Assembly: GCA_017518295.1 (NCBI GenBank)
Contig: JAFWVJ010000012.1
Coordinates: 174,361 to 238,360 of the forward strand
DNA: 64,000 bases
Source: Clostridia bacterium
GTDB taxonomy: Bacteria > Bacillota > Clostridia > TANB77 > UBA1234
Reading direction: 5' to 3'
Shown: in pieces, positions 19,431 through 30,845 of the stretch
Layout: each line of letters begins with the position of its first letter
How positions within the stretch are numbered: position 1 is the stretch's first letter
Program-made: the position numbers and the translations under genes
The notes under the pieces: model-generated
Told to the model about the DNA's origin: nothing
The model's input: only the letters and a program-made list of their open reading frames with translations
Databases searched by the model: none

Positions 19431-20411
19431 ATGGATTATACTGATAATTATAATCAAAATAACATTCCGGAAGAATATAGAATAATGAGTCCTTGGGCTA
19501 TTGTTGGATATTTATTATTATTCAGCATCCCTGTGGTTGGACTAATATTTTTATTTATTTTTGCATTTGATAATAGCTACATTGCAAGAAGAAATTTTGC
19601 AAGATCAAGATTTTGCTTGATGTTAGTTGGCTTAGTTTTAATAATTCCATTGGCTTTTATTGTTTTATCTGCAGGTGGAGACACAACAAACAAGGCTCAA
19701 TTAGCCGTATTTACAAATAACTTCTCTCAATATTATGATAGAGTTACTATGGATGCATTAAATGCTAAACAAACTTTGGGTATCAGATCAGAAAATGTTA
19801 ATGATGCTCAATTATATTATATGGTAGCAAATGGTTTAAGAACAGCTTCTGGTGATGTTGAAACAACAAATAGAACAATGCCAGTTGGTTATGAATTACC
19901 TGACACATTAAAGAAAATTTATAAAGTTGATGACAAAGAAGTAGTTGCATATATTATTGATGATAAAAATATCACAGGATATGATGCAGTAGGAAATAAT
20001 CCAAATGGTAGTGCAGGTTATGAATTCTATGGTGATACAGATGGTCAAGAATACCACTTTATCACATCTAATGGACATGTATTTACATTACCAGGATTTG
20101 CATTACAAGTTGATGATGGTACAATCCAATTCTACATTTCAAATGAAAAGGGATGCTACTATGTTGTAAAAGGCAAATCTAGATTAAATGTTGGGCAAAA
20201 CAACATTAATGGTGATGTTATTAAAGAAGAATATCCTATTGATGTTAGAGAAACACTTAATAAACTTCATGGAATAGCTACTGATGAAAATGGAAATGAA
20301 ACTATAATAAATAAATATCACGATACTTCTATAAAACCAATTTTAGAAAATGAAATAGAATTAAAAGATGAAGTTGGTACTAAAGTTGGAAGATATACTG
20401 AGATTAAATAA
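19431..20411 (+). CDS. Hypothetical two-TM membrane protein with large extracytoplasmic domain
   Basis: ATG 19431 follows GGGGGT; its N-terminal about 45 aa are paralogous to the next gene (20424..20675). Confidence 0.5.
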   Translation: MDYTDNYNQNNIPEEYRIMSPWAIVGYLLLFSIPVVGLIFLFIFAFDNSYIARRNFARSRFCLMLVGLVLIIPLAFIVLSAGGDTTNKAQLAVFTNNFSQYYDRVTMDALNAKQTLGIRSENVNDAQLYYMVANGLRTASGDVETTNRTMPVGYELPDTLKKIYKVDDKEVVAYIIDDKNITGYDAVGNNPNGSAGYEFYGDTDGQEYHFITSNGHVFTLPGFALQVDDGTIQFYISNEKGCYYVVKGKSRLNVGQNNINGDVIKEEYPIDVRETLNKLHGIATDENGNETIINKYHDTSIKPILENEIELKDEVGTKVGRYTEIK

Positions 20412-20423
20412 GGAGGTTAAAAT

Positions 20424-20675
20424 ATGAGTCAAATGGCTTATCCAGATTATTTACCTAAAGAATATGAACCACTTGGTGCTTGGAAATATTTTGGTTATAC
20501 ATTACTATTTTCTTTACCTATAGTAGGTTTGATAATAGCAATCATTTTTTCATTAAATAGTGAAAATTTACACTTAAAAAGTTTTGCAAGAGCTATTATA
20601 ATCCTTGAGATTATAGTATTTATACTTGTGATTATTAGTACTTTATACGTTTATTCGGTTGCATTAAATTTTTAG
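20424..20675 (+). CDS. Small two-TM membrane protein, paralogue of the N-terminal module of the upstream gene
   Basis: PKEYEPLGAWKYFGYTLLFSLPIVGLIIAIIFS...FARA aligns with PEEYRIMSPWAIVGYLLLFSIPVVGLIFLFIFA...FARS; SD AAGGAGG upstream. Confidence 0.5.
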   Translation: MSQMAYPDYLPKEYEPLGAWKYFGYTLLFSLPIVGLIIAIIFSLNSENLHLKSFARAIIILEIIVFILVIISTLYVYSVALNF

Positions 20676-20750
20676 TATGTTTTTTAATAGTTACATAGTA
20701 AATGACAATTTTATTTAACTCATATTTTGTGTATTAAGGAGAGAATACAA

Positions 20751-22247
20751 ATGATTAATAATAAAGGTGTTTCGGTTATTTCACTTGTTATAACTATAAT
20801 TGTTTTGATTATTGTTACTTCTATAACTGCATTTACTGGCATTAGGATAGTTGATCAAAGTAGAAGAACTCAAGCAGTAAAAAGACTTGAAGCAGTAGCA
20901 AGTGCTGTAATAGCTCATGAAAAAGAATTAGGATATGCAGATACTCTTTCTAGTAATACTGAAGGGGGATTTATGCAAATAGGTGTTGACGATTACAAAA
21001 CAATGGGACTTCCAAATTTTGCCAATACTGATGAGCATGCTCCGATTCTAATTAGAAAAACAGTAGATAGTGTAGATTCTACTAAAAAGATATATGAGTT
21101 AAAAACACCTAAATTAATTAAAAAAACAGGTGTGTATACTGATGATGACTATGTTACTTATCAAAGAGAATATTTTGATAAGGATGTAGTTGAACATTAT
21201 AAAATTGAATTTGATGAAGCAAAAGGTGTTAATAGACCTATTTTAACTGAACAAATGGTTCCCATTAAGTCATATTTAGATTCTAATAATGATCCAAATC
21301 CTGTTTTGGTAGAAGATATGTATAAATCAGATTGGTATAATTATTCGGTAGATTCTCCAATGTGGGCAAATGTTATGATTAAAGATAGTGATAATATCAT
21401 GTATGTTTGGATTCCAAGATTTGCTTATCATATACAAGAACTATATTATGCAAAAGATTATCTCTCTATTCCACAAACTGCCGTTCAAATTATCTTTTTA
21501 AGAGGTACTTCTGATTTAATGCCTAATGAGGAGGTTTTACCTAAAGGATATCAAGTCCATCCAGCCTTCCAATATAAAGATGAAGATGGGAATAAAGTTG
21601 ATTTACCTGGCTTTTGGGTAGCTAAAGAGAATATTGATTTTGCTAACCATGTTGTTACAAATTCTGGAGTTGTTGCTACAACTGAAATTGAACTTTCAAA
21701 TCTACATCCAAATATGGATCCAGATGAGGTTGATTCACATCTTATTAAAAATACAGAATGGGCAGCAATTGCTTACCTTTCAATGTATAGCGTAGGTAGA
21801 TCTGAAAATGGTAATTCATTGATTGATAGTGCATCAGGAGTTTTGGATTTAAACGAGAGATGCTTTGTTGCAGGTGGATTAAAGTCAAAGATTCAAGATA
21901 AAATCCCATATGCAGACATGTACTATTTAAATAAAAAAGATCCAGAATCTGATGAACCTAATTCATATGATACGGTTACATATGATTCATATGAAGGATA
22001 TTCAGGTGATAAGTATGGACATAGCCAAGGAAGAAAATTTGGTGATGGCATAGTTGCAACTTCGTCAGGACTTCATGATAAATCTGCATGGTTTGGCGGT
22101 ACAAGTATTAGAGTTTCAAGTACTCAACCTTACATAATAAGAGGAGAAGATAGTAATCTATTTTCATATAGTGCTTTTAATGATAGTGCTTCAACAACTG
22201 ATCCTGGTGCAATGTATAGAAATGTTTTAGTAATAAAAGATAGATAA
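20751..22247 (+). CDS. Hypothetical protein with pilin/pseudopilin-like N-terminus (NKG-VSVISLVITIIVLIIV) and about 450-aa globular domain
   Basis: ATG 20751 follows AAGGAGAG; class III-like signal but Ser instead of Glu at +5; C-terminal motifs WIPRFAY, HPAFQY, PGFWVAKE, NTEWAAIAYL, IIRGED of uncertain family. Confidence 0.5.
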   Translation: MINNKGVSVISLVITIIVLIIVTSITAFTGIRIVDQSRRTQAVKRLEAVASAVIAHEKELGYADTLSSNTEGGFMQIGVDDYKTMGLPNFANTDEHAPILIRKTVDSVDSTKKIYELKTPKLIKKTGVYTDDDYVTYQREYFDKDVVEHYKIEFDEAKGVNRPILTEQMVPIKSYLDSNNDPNPVLVEDMYKSDWYNYSVDSPMWANVMIKDSDNIMYVWIPRFAYHIQELYYAKDYLSIPQTAVQIIFLRGTSDLMPNEEVLPKGYQVHPAFQYKDEDGNKVDLPGFWVAKENIDFANHVVTNSGVVATTEIELSNLHPNMDPDEVDSHLIKNTEWAAIAYLSMYSVGRSENGNSLIDSASGVLDLNERCFVAGGLKSKIQDKIPYADMYYLNKKDPESDEPNSYDTVTYDSYEGYSGDKYGHSQGRKFGDGIVATSSGLHDKSAWFGGTSIRVSSTQPYIIRGEDSNLFSYSAFNDSASTTDPGAMYRNVLVIKDR

Positions 22248-22267
22248 TATAAGATCTTAGTTTTATA

Positions 22268-22288
22268 ATGGCGGCCTAAGGTCGCCAT
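22268..22288 (+). terminator. GC-rich hairpin ATGGCGGCC-TAA-GGTCGCCAT after the pilin-like gene
   Basis: 9-bp stem read directly; weak T-run follows. Confidence 0.55.
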
Positions 22289-22309
22289 TTAATTATTTAA
22301 GGAGTTTAT

Positions 22310-25300
22310 ATGAGGTTTATTCTTGGTAGAAGTGGTTCTCGGTAAAACCACTAAATGCTTAAATGAAATTAAAGAATGCATAGATTCTGGTTTTGATAAA
22401 CCAATAATCTATATTGTTCCAGAACAATTTTCATTTGAAAGCGAAAAGAATTTAATAAAGATATGTGGTAAAAATGGAATAATTGGAGCACAAGTACTCT
22501 CTTTTAAGAGGTTGGCATATAGAGTTTTAACAGAGAATAATATAACTATAAATTCAATTAGCGATTCCGGTAAAACAATGCTTATTTATTATCTTCTTCA
22601 AAAGTATGAAAATAAACTTCAAGTGCTTAAGGGTGTTTCAAATAACATTGGACTTGTTAAAACTGTTTCTGATGAAATTTCGGAATTTAAAAGATATAAT
22701 ATTTCACCAGATGTTTTATTAAAGTTGGATGTTAAAAATGAATATCTTCAAATGAAACTTAATGATTTAAGCTTAATTTATTCGGAGTATCAAGAATTTA
22801 TTAAAAATAAGTTTATTGATTCTAATGATGTCTTAACTGTTTTAAAAGATGTTATTCATAATACTAAGTCATTATATGGCGCTAAAATTTGGATAGATGA
22901 ATTTGATGGATTTATTCCGCAAGAGTTAATTATTATTAATGAACTTATAACTAAGTGTGATGTTACAATTTCTATGATTTCTGGTGAAGATGAACTATTT
23001 GAATTAAATAATAGCAATATAGATAAAATAGTCGATAAAACAATTAATAAAGAATATTTAATGGATATTGTTAGATTCAAAAATAATGATTTAATACATT
23101 TAGAAAAGAATATATTTAGATTACCAATTAATACATATAATAATGAAGTTAAAAATATATTCATTAATAAATACAAAGACAGCTATGAAGAAGTGGAAAA
23201 TGTTGCTAAGAGTATTTTAGAATTTGTAAGAGATGAAAATTCTAATTATCGTTTTGAAAATATAGCTATTTTAACAAGAGATACTGATAAATATAAAAAC
23301 ACAATTAAGAATATATTTCCTAAATATAACATTCCGTTTTTTATAGATGATAAAAAAGAATTATCTCTTGAACCCCTAATTCTACTTATTTTATCTTTTA
23401 TAGATATTATAAATAATAATTATAAATATGAAAGTGTTTTTTCTTATCTTAAGACTGGTTTAACTAATATAGATGATGAAAATGACATTGATTTAATAGA
23501 AAACTATGTTTTAAAATGGGGCATTAAAGGTAAAAAGTGGGAAGAACCTTTTTACATAGAAGATAAGAATTTAGAAAAAATTAATAATATTAGAGAAAAG
23601 ATTATTAATCCTATTATTTCTTTTAAAGAGAATTTTTCTGGTAGGAAAACAACAAAAGAGATTATAAAAGGTCTTTATGATTTTATTAATAATATAGAAG
23701 TTTATAATACTATTTTAAATAAGATAGAAAAGTTAAAATCTGGAGAAGGTAAAGATATTAGATTAGCTCTTGAATATTCTCAGGTTTGGAATGTTTTAAT
23801 TAATGTATTTGATGATATGGCTGCTACTATTGGTGATGAACTTATTTCTTTTGATAAATTTCAATCTGTGTTTAAAATAGGTGTATCTAATTATGAAATA
23901 AGCGTTATTCCATCTACTAAAGATAAAGTTATTATTGGTGATGTAGAAAGAACAAGAAATAATGAAATAAAAATTATATTTATAATTGGAATGAATGATG
24001 GTAATTTTCCAATTTCTTCACAAGATGAAGGATTCATTAATGATAAAGAAAGGCAATTACTTTTAGATAATGGCGTAGAAATTGCAAAAGATACAAAAAA
24101 ACTTCTAAAGCAAGACTACTTTAATATATATAAAGCTTTGTCTGCTCCTAGCGACTATTTATATATTAGTTATCCACAATCAGATTTAGAAGGAAAAGCT
24201 TTAAGATGTTCTTTTATTATTAATCAGATTAAGGCTATTTTTCCTAAATTGAAAGAAAATAATAGTCAAAATAGAATTATTTTATCCTCTAAAGCATCTT
24301 TTGAGGCGGTTATAGATGATATAAGAAAAAGAGAAGATAATAATTTTGAAAATGATGATTACTTTTATTTAAAAAAATGGTATGAGAATAATGAGAAAGA
24401 AAGATATCAAAATACCATTAAAGGATTAGACTATAAAAATACGATAGAATATATGTCTAAAGATATTTCTAATAAATTATATGGCGAATCTATGAATTCA
24501 AGTGTATCTAAACTTGAATCCTATATGTCATGTCCTTACTCTTTTTATTTAAGATATGGCTTAAATCTTAAAGAAAGAGAGATTTATAGCTTACAATTAC
24601 CAGATATTGGATCTTTTTTACATGAGATTATAGATTTATTTACTAAAAAAGTGCTAGATGAGAATATTGATATTAAAAGTATTAATAAAGAAGAATGTTT
24701 TTCTTTAGTTGATGATATTACTGAAAGCGTGTTATCTAATTTTAGACAGAATTTGTTTTCTTCTACAGGTAAACTTAGAAGTCTTAGCGTTAAACTTAAA
24801 GAACAAGTGAAAAAGACGATTTGGCTTATTGTTTATCATATAAAATCTGGATCTTTTAATATTATGGGTAGTGAAGTCGAGTTTGGCAAAGATAAAGAAT
24901 ATCCCGAAATAAATATAGAATTAGATGATGGTAATAAATTAATATTATCAGGAAAAGTAGACAGAATAGATGTAGCTAAAGTAGGAAATGATAAATATAT
25001 AAGAATAATTGATTATAAATCATCAAATAAAGCGATTAAACTTTCTAATGTTTATTATGGTATACAATTACAACTTTTAGCATATAGCGATGCTATTTCT
25101 CAAGATGTGTTTAAACCAGGTGGAGTTTTTTATTTAAAACTTGATGATCCATTACTTAAGACAGATAGAAGAATTAGTAAAGAAGAAGTAGAGAATAATA
25201 TTATCGAATCGTTAAAAATGAATGGTTTAGCAATATCAAATGTTAAATTGATTGAAGCTTTAGATAATAGTTTTGAAAAAGTAGGAACTGGTGAATCATT

Positions 25301-25601
25301 TGACTCTTCAATTTTAAATCTAAAGATAGATAAAAATGGTAAATTTTCTAAGATGCCTGTGGTTAATGAGCATGATTTTTCGAATTTAACGAAACATATG
25401 CATAAAGTACTAAAACAAATAGGTAATGAGATTCTTAAAGGCAATGTTAAAAATGAACCTTTAATTAGAAAAAATGTTAAATCTCCTTGTGAATACTGCG
25501 ATTATTATAAATCATGTAGATTTGATAGAAGTTTAGGAAATAAAGTAAGACGTTTAAATGAACTAAAAGATGAAGATGTAATTAATAGAATAAATAATTA
25601 A
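22310..25601 (+). pseudogene. addB: ATP-dependent helicase/nuclease AddAB subunit B, interrupted at codon 11 by an apparent 1-nt insertion inside the Walker A motif (or a sequence error)
   Basis: SD AAGGAG plus ATG 22310 gives MRFILGRSGS then CGG TAA; the +1 frame continues GKTTKCLNEI... for 1080 aa; removing C 22340 restores GRSGSGKTT; C-terminal Fe-S cysteines CPYSF...CEYCDYYKSC present. Confidence 0.85.
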
Positions 25602-25615
25602 TTTGGAGGAAAGTA

Positions 25616-28600
25616 ATGCAATTTACTGATGAACAAAAACGAGCTATTTATACAAAAGATTGTAATTTGCTTGTTGCAGCTGGAGCAGGTTCTGGAAAGA
25701 CTGCTGTTTTAGTCGAAAGAATTATAAATAAAGTAATTAATGATGGTATCGATATTGATAAGCTATTAGTCGTTACCTTTACTAATAGTGCTGCTTTAGA
25801 GATGAGAGAAAGACTTTCTGAAAGATTATTTAGTGAAATTGATAAGAATCCTAAACTGTATGATCAAATTAAACTTCTATCTAAAGCATCTATTACTACT
25901 ATAGATAGTTTCTGTCTAAGAGTAGTTAAAGATAACTTTTTTAAGTTAGGATTGGATCCTAACTTTAGAATTGCAGAAACTTCAGAATGTGAAATTTTAA
26001 AACTAGAAGCATTAGAAGAGATGCTTGAAGAAAAATATGAATCAAATGATGAAGATTTTATAAATATCTTTAATAATTATGCTTCTAATAAAGGCGATGA
26101 CAATTTAAGAGATTTAATACTTAAGATTTTTAATTTTACAAGAACTTGCTTAAATCCAGATGAGTGGATTAATCAACAAGTTGAAAAATATGATTTAAAA
26201 ATATTTGGAAATGATTTTGATAATTATTTAACTAATTCAGAATATGGTAAGTTAGTTTTAAATTATACAAAAGAACAAATTTCAAATTCTATTAACGAAT
26301 TAAAAACTTTATATAATGAAATTAGTGATTCTGAATTAGCTTTAAAGTATCTTGATGTTATTAATGAAGATATCAATAATTTGAATAATTTGTTAAATAA
26401 TTGTTCATCCTTTGATAATGCTTATATATCCATTAATAATTTTGAGTTTGCAAGAGCTAATAGTTCTAGAGGCACTCCAGAAGAATTAAAAGATAAAATT
26501 AATGATGTTAGAAAGGCTGTAAAAGCAACTATTAATGATGATATAAAAAAGAAGTATTTTGTATCTGATTCTAAAGATGTATTAAATGAATATAATAATA
26601 TTTATATAAATCTTAAAACAATTGCAAATTTGGTAATAGATTTTAGTAGATGTTTTATGAATAAAAAGCTAGAAAAGAATATATTGGATTTTAATGATAT
26701 AGAACACTTTGCTTTATTACTTTTAACAAACAACGAAGAAATTGCTAATGTTTATAAAGATAAATTTGATGAAATTATGATAGATGAATATCAAGATAGC
26801 AACCTTATTCAAGAAAACATATTAAATGCTATTTCAAATAATAAGATGTTCATGGTTGGAGATGTTAAGCAAAGTATTTATCGTTTTAGACAAGCAAGAC
26901 CAGATATCTTCTTAAATAAGTATAATACATATGTAAATGCTTCAGACGATAATCAAGATGAAATAAATAAAAAGATTCTATTATTTAAAAACTTTAGAAG
27001 TAATAATAATATTATTGAGCAAGTAAATCACATATTTAAAAATATTATGTCTAAAGATGTTGGCGAAATAGACTATAATTCTGATGAATACTTAAAATTT
27101 GGAGCAGACTATTATGAGCATAATGGCGAAAAAGCCGAACTTTGTCTAATAGAAACTAACATAGATGATGAAGAAATTATTGATGGTATAGATTCAAATG
27201 CTAATCTTGAAGCAAAATTTATCGCAAAAAAGATTAAAGAAATTGTAAATAATAAAGATATTTATGATAAAGATCTTAAAAAATATAGAAAAGTTAAATA
27301 TAGAGACATAGTTATTCTTCTAAGAAGTACTGTTGGAAGAATAGATGCTCTTTTAGAAGAACTATCTAATAAAGATATACCTGTTTATTCAGAAAATGGT
27401 GGAGATTATTTTAATAATACTGAAGTACAGACGATTCTTTCTTTGTTAAGAATAATAGATAATCCTATTCAAGATATTCCTTTAGTTGGTGTACTTAGAT
27501 CACAAATTGGAGGCTTTTCAATTGATGAGCTTTCTTCAATTAGATTATCTGATAGAAAATCTAGCTTTTATGAAGCTATGATAAAAACATTAAATCAAGA
27601 AAATGATTTATCTATAAAAGTTAATTCGTTTTTGGAAAAGCTATATAGATGGAGAGAACTATCAAAAGATTTGTCTTTATGGGAACTTATATCATTAATT
27701 TATGAAGAAACAGGATTTATTTACTTTGTATCACTTTTTCCAGATGGTTATAAGAGAAAAGCAAACCTTAAACTATTATTAGAACGAGCTGAAAGATTTG
27801 AGAAAACAAGTTTTAAAGGATTATTTAATTTCTTAAAATATATCGATAATATTAAAGCTAGTTCAAATGATTTTGGCGAAAGTAAAGTAATTGGCGAAAA
27901 TGAAGATGTAGTTAGGATAATGAGTGTCCATAAAAGTAAAGGACTTGAATTTCCAATAGTATTTTTAGCTGCTACCGATAAAAAGTTTAATTTTAGAGAT
28001 TTAAGTGAGAATATTATTTTAGATCAAGAATTAGGATTTGGCGTAGATGTAGTTGATTATGATTATAGAATTAGATTTCCTAGCATTTCTAAATGGGCTA
28101 TATCTATTAAATCAAAAAAAGAAAGCTTATCTGAAGAAATGCGTATTTTGTATGTTGCTCTTACTCGTGCAAGAGAGAAATTATATGTTACAGGCTTAGT
28201 TAAAGAAATAGATAAGGCAATAAGTAAATATTCTTCACCTATAACAAGATATAAAATATCTAATAGTAATTCTATGCTTGATTGGATTGCATATTCTATT
28301 GTTAATAAGATTAGTGATTGGAAAATTAATAGAATTGATTATAATTCTTTAATTGAAAACGATGAAGAAGTTACAAGAAATGATAATGAATATGAGCTTG
28401 ATGTATCAAATGCTATTAGCTATGATGAAGTTGATAAGCAAATGAATTGGAAATACAAATATGAAATTGCTACTAATTTACCAAATAAAGTAAGTATATC
28501 TGAGATTAAGAGAAATGCGATTTCAATGAATGAAGAAGTTTATAATAGTACAATACCTGATTTAATTAAGGCACCTGAATTTTTGAATGATCAAATAGAA

Positions 28601-29086
28601 ACAGGAGCTAAATATGGCACTGTTCTTCATGAGACATTACAAAAATTAGATTTTGAGGATATATCTAAAGTTCAAATTTTTGAGTTACTTCGTAAAATAA
28701 CAGATGATGATAAGCTAAAAGAATCAATTTATAATAAGATCCTAAATTTTTCTAAAACTGAATTATTTAATGATATAAAAAATGCAAAGAAAGTATATAA
28801 AGAGACTTCTTTTAACCTAAATCTTAAAGCTAAAGAGATTTATAATGTTGATTCGGATGAAGATATAATGATCCAAGGTATAATTGATTTATATTTTGTT
28901 GATGAGGATGGTAATATAGTACTGGTTGATTACAAGACAGATAATGTAGATAATGAGCAAGAGTTAATAAAACGTTATAAAGTTCAATTGGAACTTTATA
29001 AACGAGCGCTTGAAGAAATACTTGAAAAACAAGTATCTAAAACTATTATTTATTCTTTCAAATTTAATAAATCTATATTGCTTTAG
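25616..29086 (+). CDS. addA: ATP-dependent helicase/nuclease AddAB subunit A
   Basis: FTDEQKRAI, LLVAAGAGSGKTAVLVERI, DEYQDSN, VHKSKGLEFP, LYVALTRA, C-terminal RecB-like nuclease GIIDLYF..DYKTD. Confidence 0.92.
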   Translation: MQFTDEQKRAIYTKDCNLLVAAGAGSGKTAVLVERIINKVINDGIDIDKLLVVTFTNSAALEMRERLSERLFSEIDKNPKLYDQIKLLSKASITTIDSFCLRVVKDNFFKLGLDPNFRIAETSECEILKLEALEEMLEEKYESNDEDFINIFNNYASNKGDDNLRDLILKIFNFTRTCLNPDEWINQQVEKYDLKIFGNDFDNYLTNSEYGKLVLNYTKEQISNSINELKTLYNEISDSELALKYLDVINEDINNLNNLLNNCSSFDNAYISINNFEFARANSSRGTPEELKDKINDVRKAVKATINDDIKKKYFVSDSKDVLNEYNNIYINLKTIANLVIDFSRCFMNKKLEKNILDFNDIEHFALLLLTNNEEIANVYKDKFDEIMIDEYQDSNLIQENILNAISNNKMFMVGDVKQSIYRFRQARPDIFLNKYNTYVNASDDNQDEINKKILLFKNFRSNNNIIEQVNHIFKNIMSKDVGEIDYNSDEYLKFGADYYEHNGEKAELCLIETNIDDEEIIDGIDSNANLEAKFIAKKIKEIVNNKDIYDKDLKKYRKVKYRDIVILLRSTVGRIDALLEELSNKDIPVYSENGGDYFNNTEVQTILSLLRIIDNPIQDIPLVGVLRSQIGGFSIDELSSIRLSDRKSSFYEAMIKTLNQENDLSIKVNSFLEKLYRWRELSKDLSLWELISLIYEETGFIYFVSLFPDGYKRKANLKLLLERAERFEKTSFKGLFNFLKYIDNIKASSNDFGESKVIGENEDVVRIMSVHKSKGLEFPIVFLAATDKKFNFRDLSENIILDQELGFGVDVVDYDYRIRFPSISKWAISIKSKKESLSEEMRILYVALTRAREKLYVTGLVKEIDKAISKYSSPITRYKISNSNSMLDWIAYSIVNKISDWKINRIDYNSLIENDEEVTRNDNEYELDVSNAISYDEVDKQMNWKYKYEIATNLPNKVSISEIKRNAISMNEEVYNSTIPDLIKAPEFLNDQIETGAKYGTVLHETLQKLDFEDISKVQIFELLRKITDDDKLKESIYNKILNFSKTELFNDIKNAKKVYKETSFNLNLKAKEIYNVDSDEDIMIQGIIDLYFVDEDGNIVLVDYKTDNVDNEQELIKRYKVQLELYKRALEEILEKQVSKTIIYSFKFNKSILL

Positions 29087-29175
29087 GTTACATAATACAT
29101 TGGTATTGAAATTAAATATCAAGTATTTTATACTTTTATTAAGACAAAAGATTTAAAGTAAGAAGTGAGATTTTT

Positions 29176-30669
29176 ATGAAAGAAAATGAAGACATTGCTT
29201 ATAGTAGAGCATTAGTTTTAAAGCACAATACATTATATAAAATAATAATAGCTATTTTACTTATATTAATTTTTGCAGTGGCTACTTTTTATTTTGTTTT
29301 TGTAAATGTTAATAAAGAGAATAAAGAAAATATAGATTTAGTTTATCCAAGTGGTGATTTGGCATCTTATTATAAACAAGATACGAATCCTACTAGAGAA
29401 GTTGGAATTGCACAAATGAAGATTGACTATATTAATAATTGCAATTTTTCTATTTGTTATCCAGAAGTGGGAATAGAGGAAATAGACGAATCTATATTAT
29501 CGCATGCTAAGGATCTAAAAAGAAGTTTTATAGAATCATATAATAGTGAAGATGAGAATGCTGATATTTTTTATGAGCATGTTGATTATCGAAGCTATAT
29601 TGATCCTTCTAATACCATGAGATTAGTTTTTGTCGATTGTATAACTAATTCTGATGGTATTATTTTGACACAAAAAGAATATACTCATGTTTATGATTTA
29701 ACTAATGGAGATGAATTAACGTCTTATCATAAGATAGAAGATACTGCCAGTAAGGTTTCTATTTTAGAGCCTCTTGATGGAGAAGATGTTTCTAGTTTTG
29801 TATTTTTATATAGTGGTGATGTTTTAAAATTTGCTACGACTGCCGTTAATATTAGAAAAGAACAAAGTACTAATTCTGAAATAATTGGAACTTTAAATGA
29901 AAAAGATCCTATTGAAGTAAGAAGTGGCGATGATAACTGGGAAACTGTTTTATATAATGGTGAAGTTGGATATGTAAAAGCTGGATATTTATCTAGAAAG
30001 AAAAACTTACATAAAGAAATTGAATTAGAGATTTTAGATCGAGGAATTGATCCTAATAAGCCAATGGTTGCCATTACGTTTGATGATGGACCTAATCCAA
30101 ATTCAACACCTAGAATATTAGATACATTAGAACAATATAATGTTGTTGCTACATTTTTTGATTTAGGTCAATTAGTTAATACTTATCCAGATATTGTTAG
30201 ACGTGAAGAAAGTATAGGATGCGAAGTTGGATCACATACATATTCTCATAAAAATCTAAATATATTAAATGACGATGAGATTAAAGATGAGATAACAAAT
30301 GCTCAAGAAGCTTTTAAGAAAGCATTAGGACATGAAGTATTACTTATGAGAGCTCCATATGGAAATGCAAACTTAAAAGTTAAAGAGAATACAAATTATC
30401 CTATTATAAAATGGAATATAGATAGTCTTGATTGGAAGACAAGAAATAAAACGAAAATATTAAATCAAATTAATAAGACAACAAATTTTGATGGTAATAT
30501 AATTCTTTTACATTCTATTTATGGCGCTACAGCTGATGCGGTAGAAGAGTTAATACCTCAGTTGTTAAATAAGGGCTATCAATTAGTGACAGTATCTGAA
30601 TTAGCATATTATAAAGGATATACATCGTTACTTACTGCAGAAGAATATAAGCAATTTAGAAGTAAATAA
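29176..30669 (+). CDS. Membrane-anchored polysaccharide/peptidoglycan deacetylase (NodB domain) with SH3b-like domain
   Basis: N-terminal TM; SH3-like VNIRKEQSTNSEIIGTL...GYVKAGYL; NodB motifs VAITFDDGP, EVGSHTYSH, LMRAPYG, LLHS. Confidence 0.8.
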   Translation: MKENEDIAYSRALVLKHNTLYKIIIAILLILIFAVATFYFVFVNVNKENKENIDLVYPSGDLASYYKQDTNPTREVGIAQMKIDYINNCNFSICYPEVGIEEIDESILSHAKDLKRSFIESYNSEDENADIFYEHVDYRSYIDPSNTMRLVFVDCITNSDGIILTQKEYTHVYDLTNGDELTSYHKIEDTASKVSILEPLDGEDVSSFVFLYSGDVLKFATTAVNIRKEQSTNSEIIGTLNEKDPIEVRSGDDNWETVLYNGEVGYVKAGYLSRKKNLHKEIELEILDRGIDPNKPMVAITFDDGPNPNSTPRILDTLEQYNVVATFFDLGQLVNTYPDIVRREESIGCEVGSHTYSHKNLNILNDDEIKDEITNAQEAFKKALGHEVLLMRAPYGNANLKVKENTNYPIIKWNIDSLDWKTRNKTKILNQINKTTNFDGNIILLHSIYGATADAVEELIPQLLNKGYQLVTVSELAYYKGYTSLLTAEEYKQFRSK

Positions 30670-30682
30670 ATACTAGATCTCA

Positions 30683-30719
30683 CAAAGCTTGTATACATAA
30701 TTCATACAAGCTTTGTTTT
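30683..30719 (+). terminator. Rho-independent terminator (CAAAGCTTGTAT / ATACAAGCTTTG + TTTT)
   Basis: 12-bp perfect stem read directly. Confidence 0.75.
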
Positions 30720-30845
30720 GTTAAAATATTTTTAAAAATATATTAAAAAAATATTGCACTTTTTAAAATATTCAAGTACACTACTTTTGGTAGATGTGTA
30801 CAAAGGCACGGCTACTAATCACATGAAAGGCAGGTGCATATTATT

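Noticed and set aside
30777-30803. Hairpin GTACAC..GTGTAC in the spoVG leader, considered as a regulatory element.
   Set aside because: It is a short interrupted stem with a 2-nt bulge, of a kind expected by chance. I cannot tie it to any known spoVG control element.
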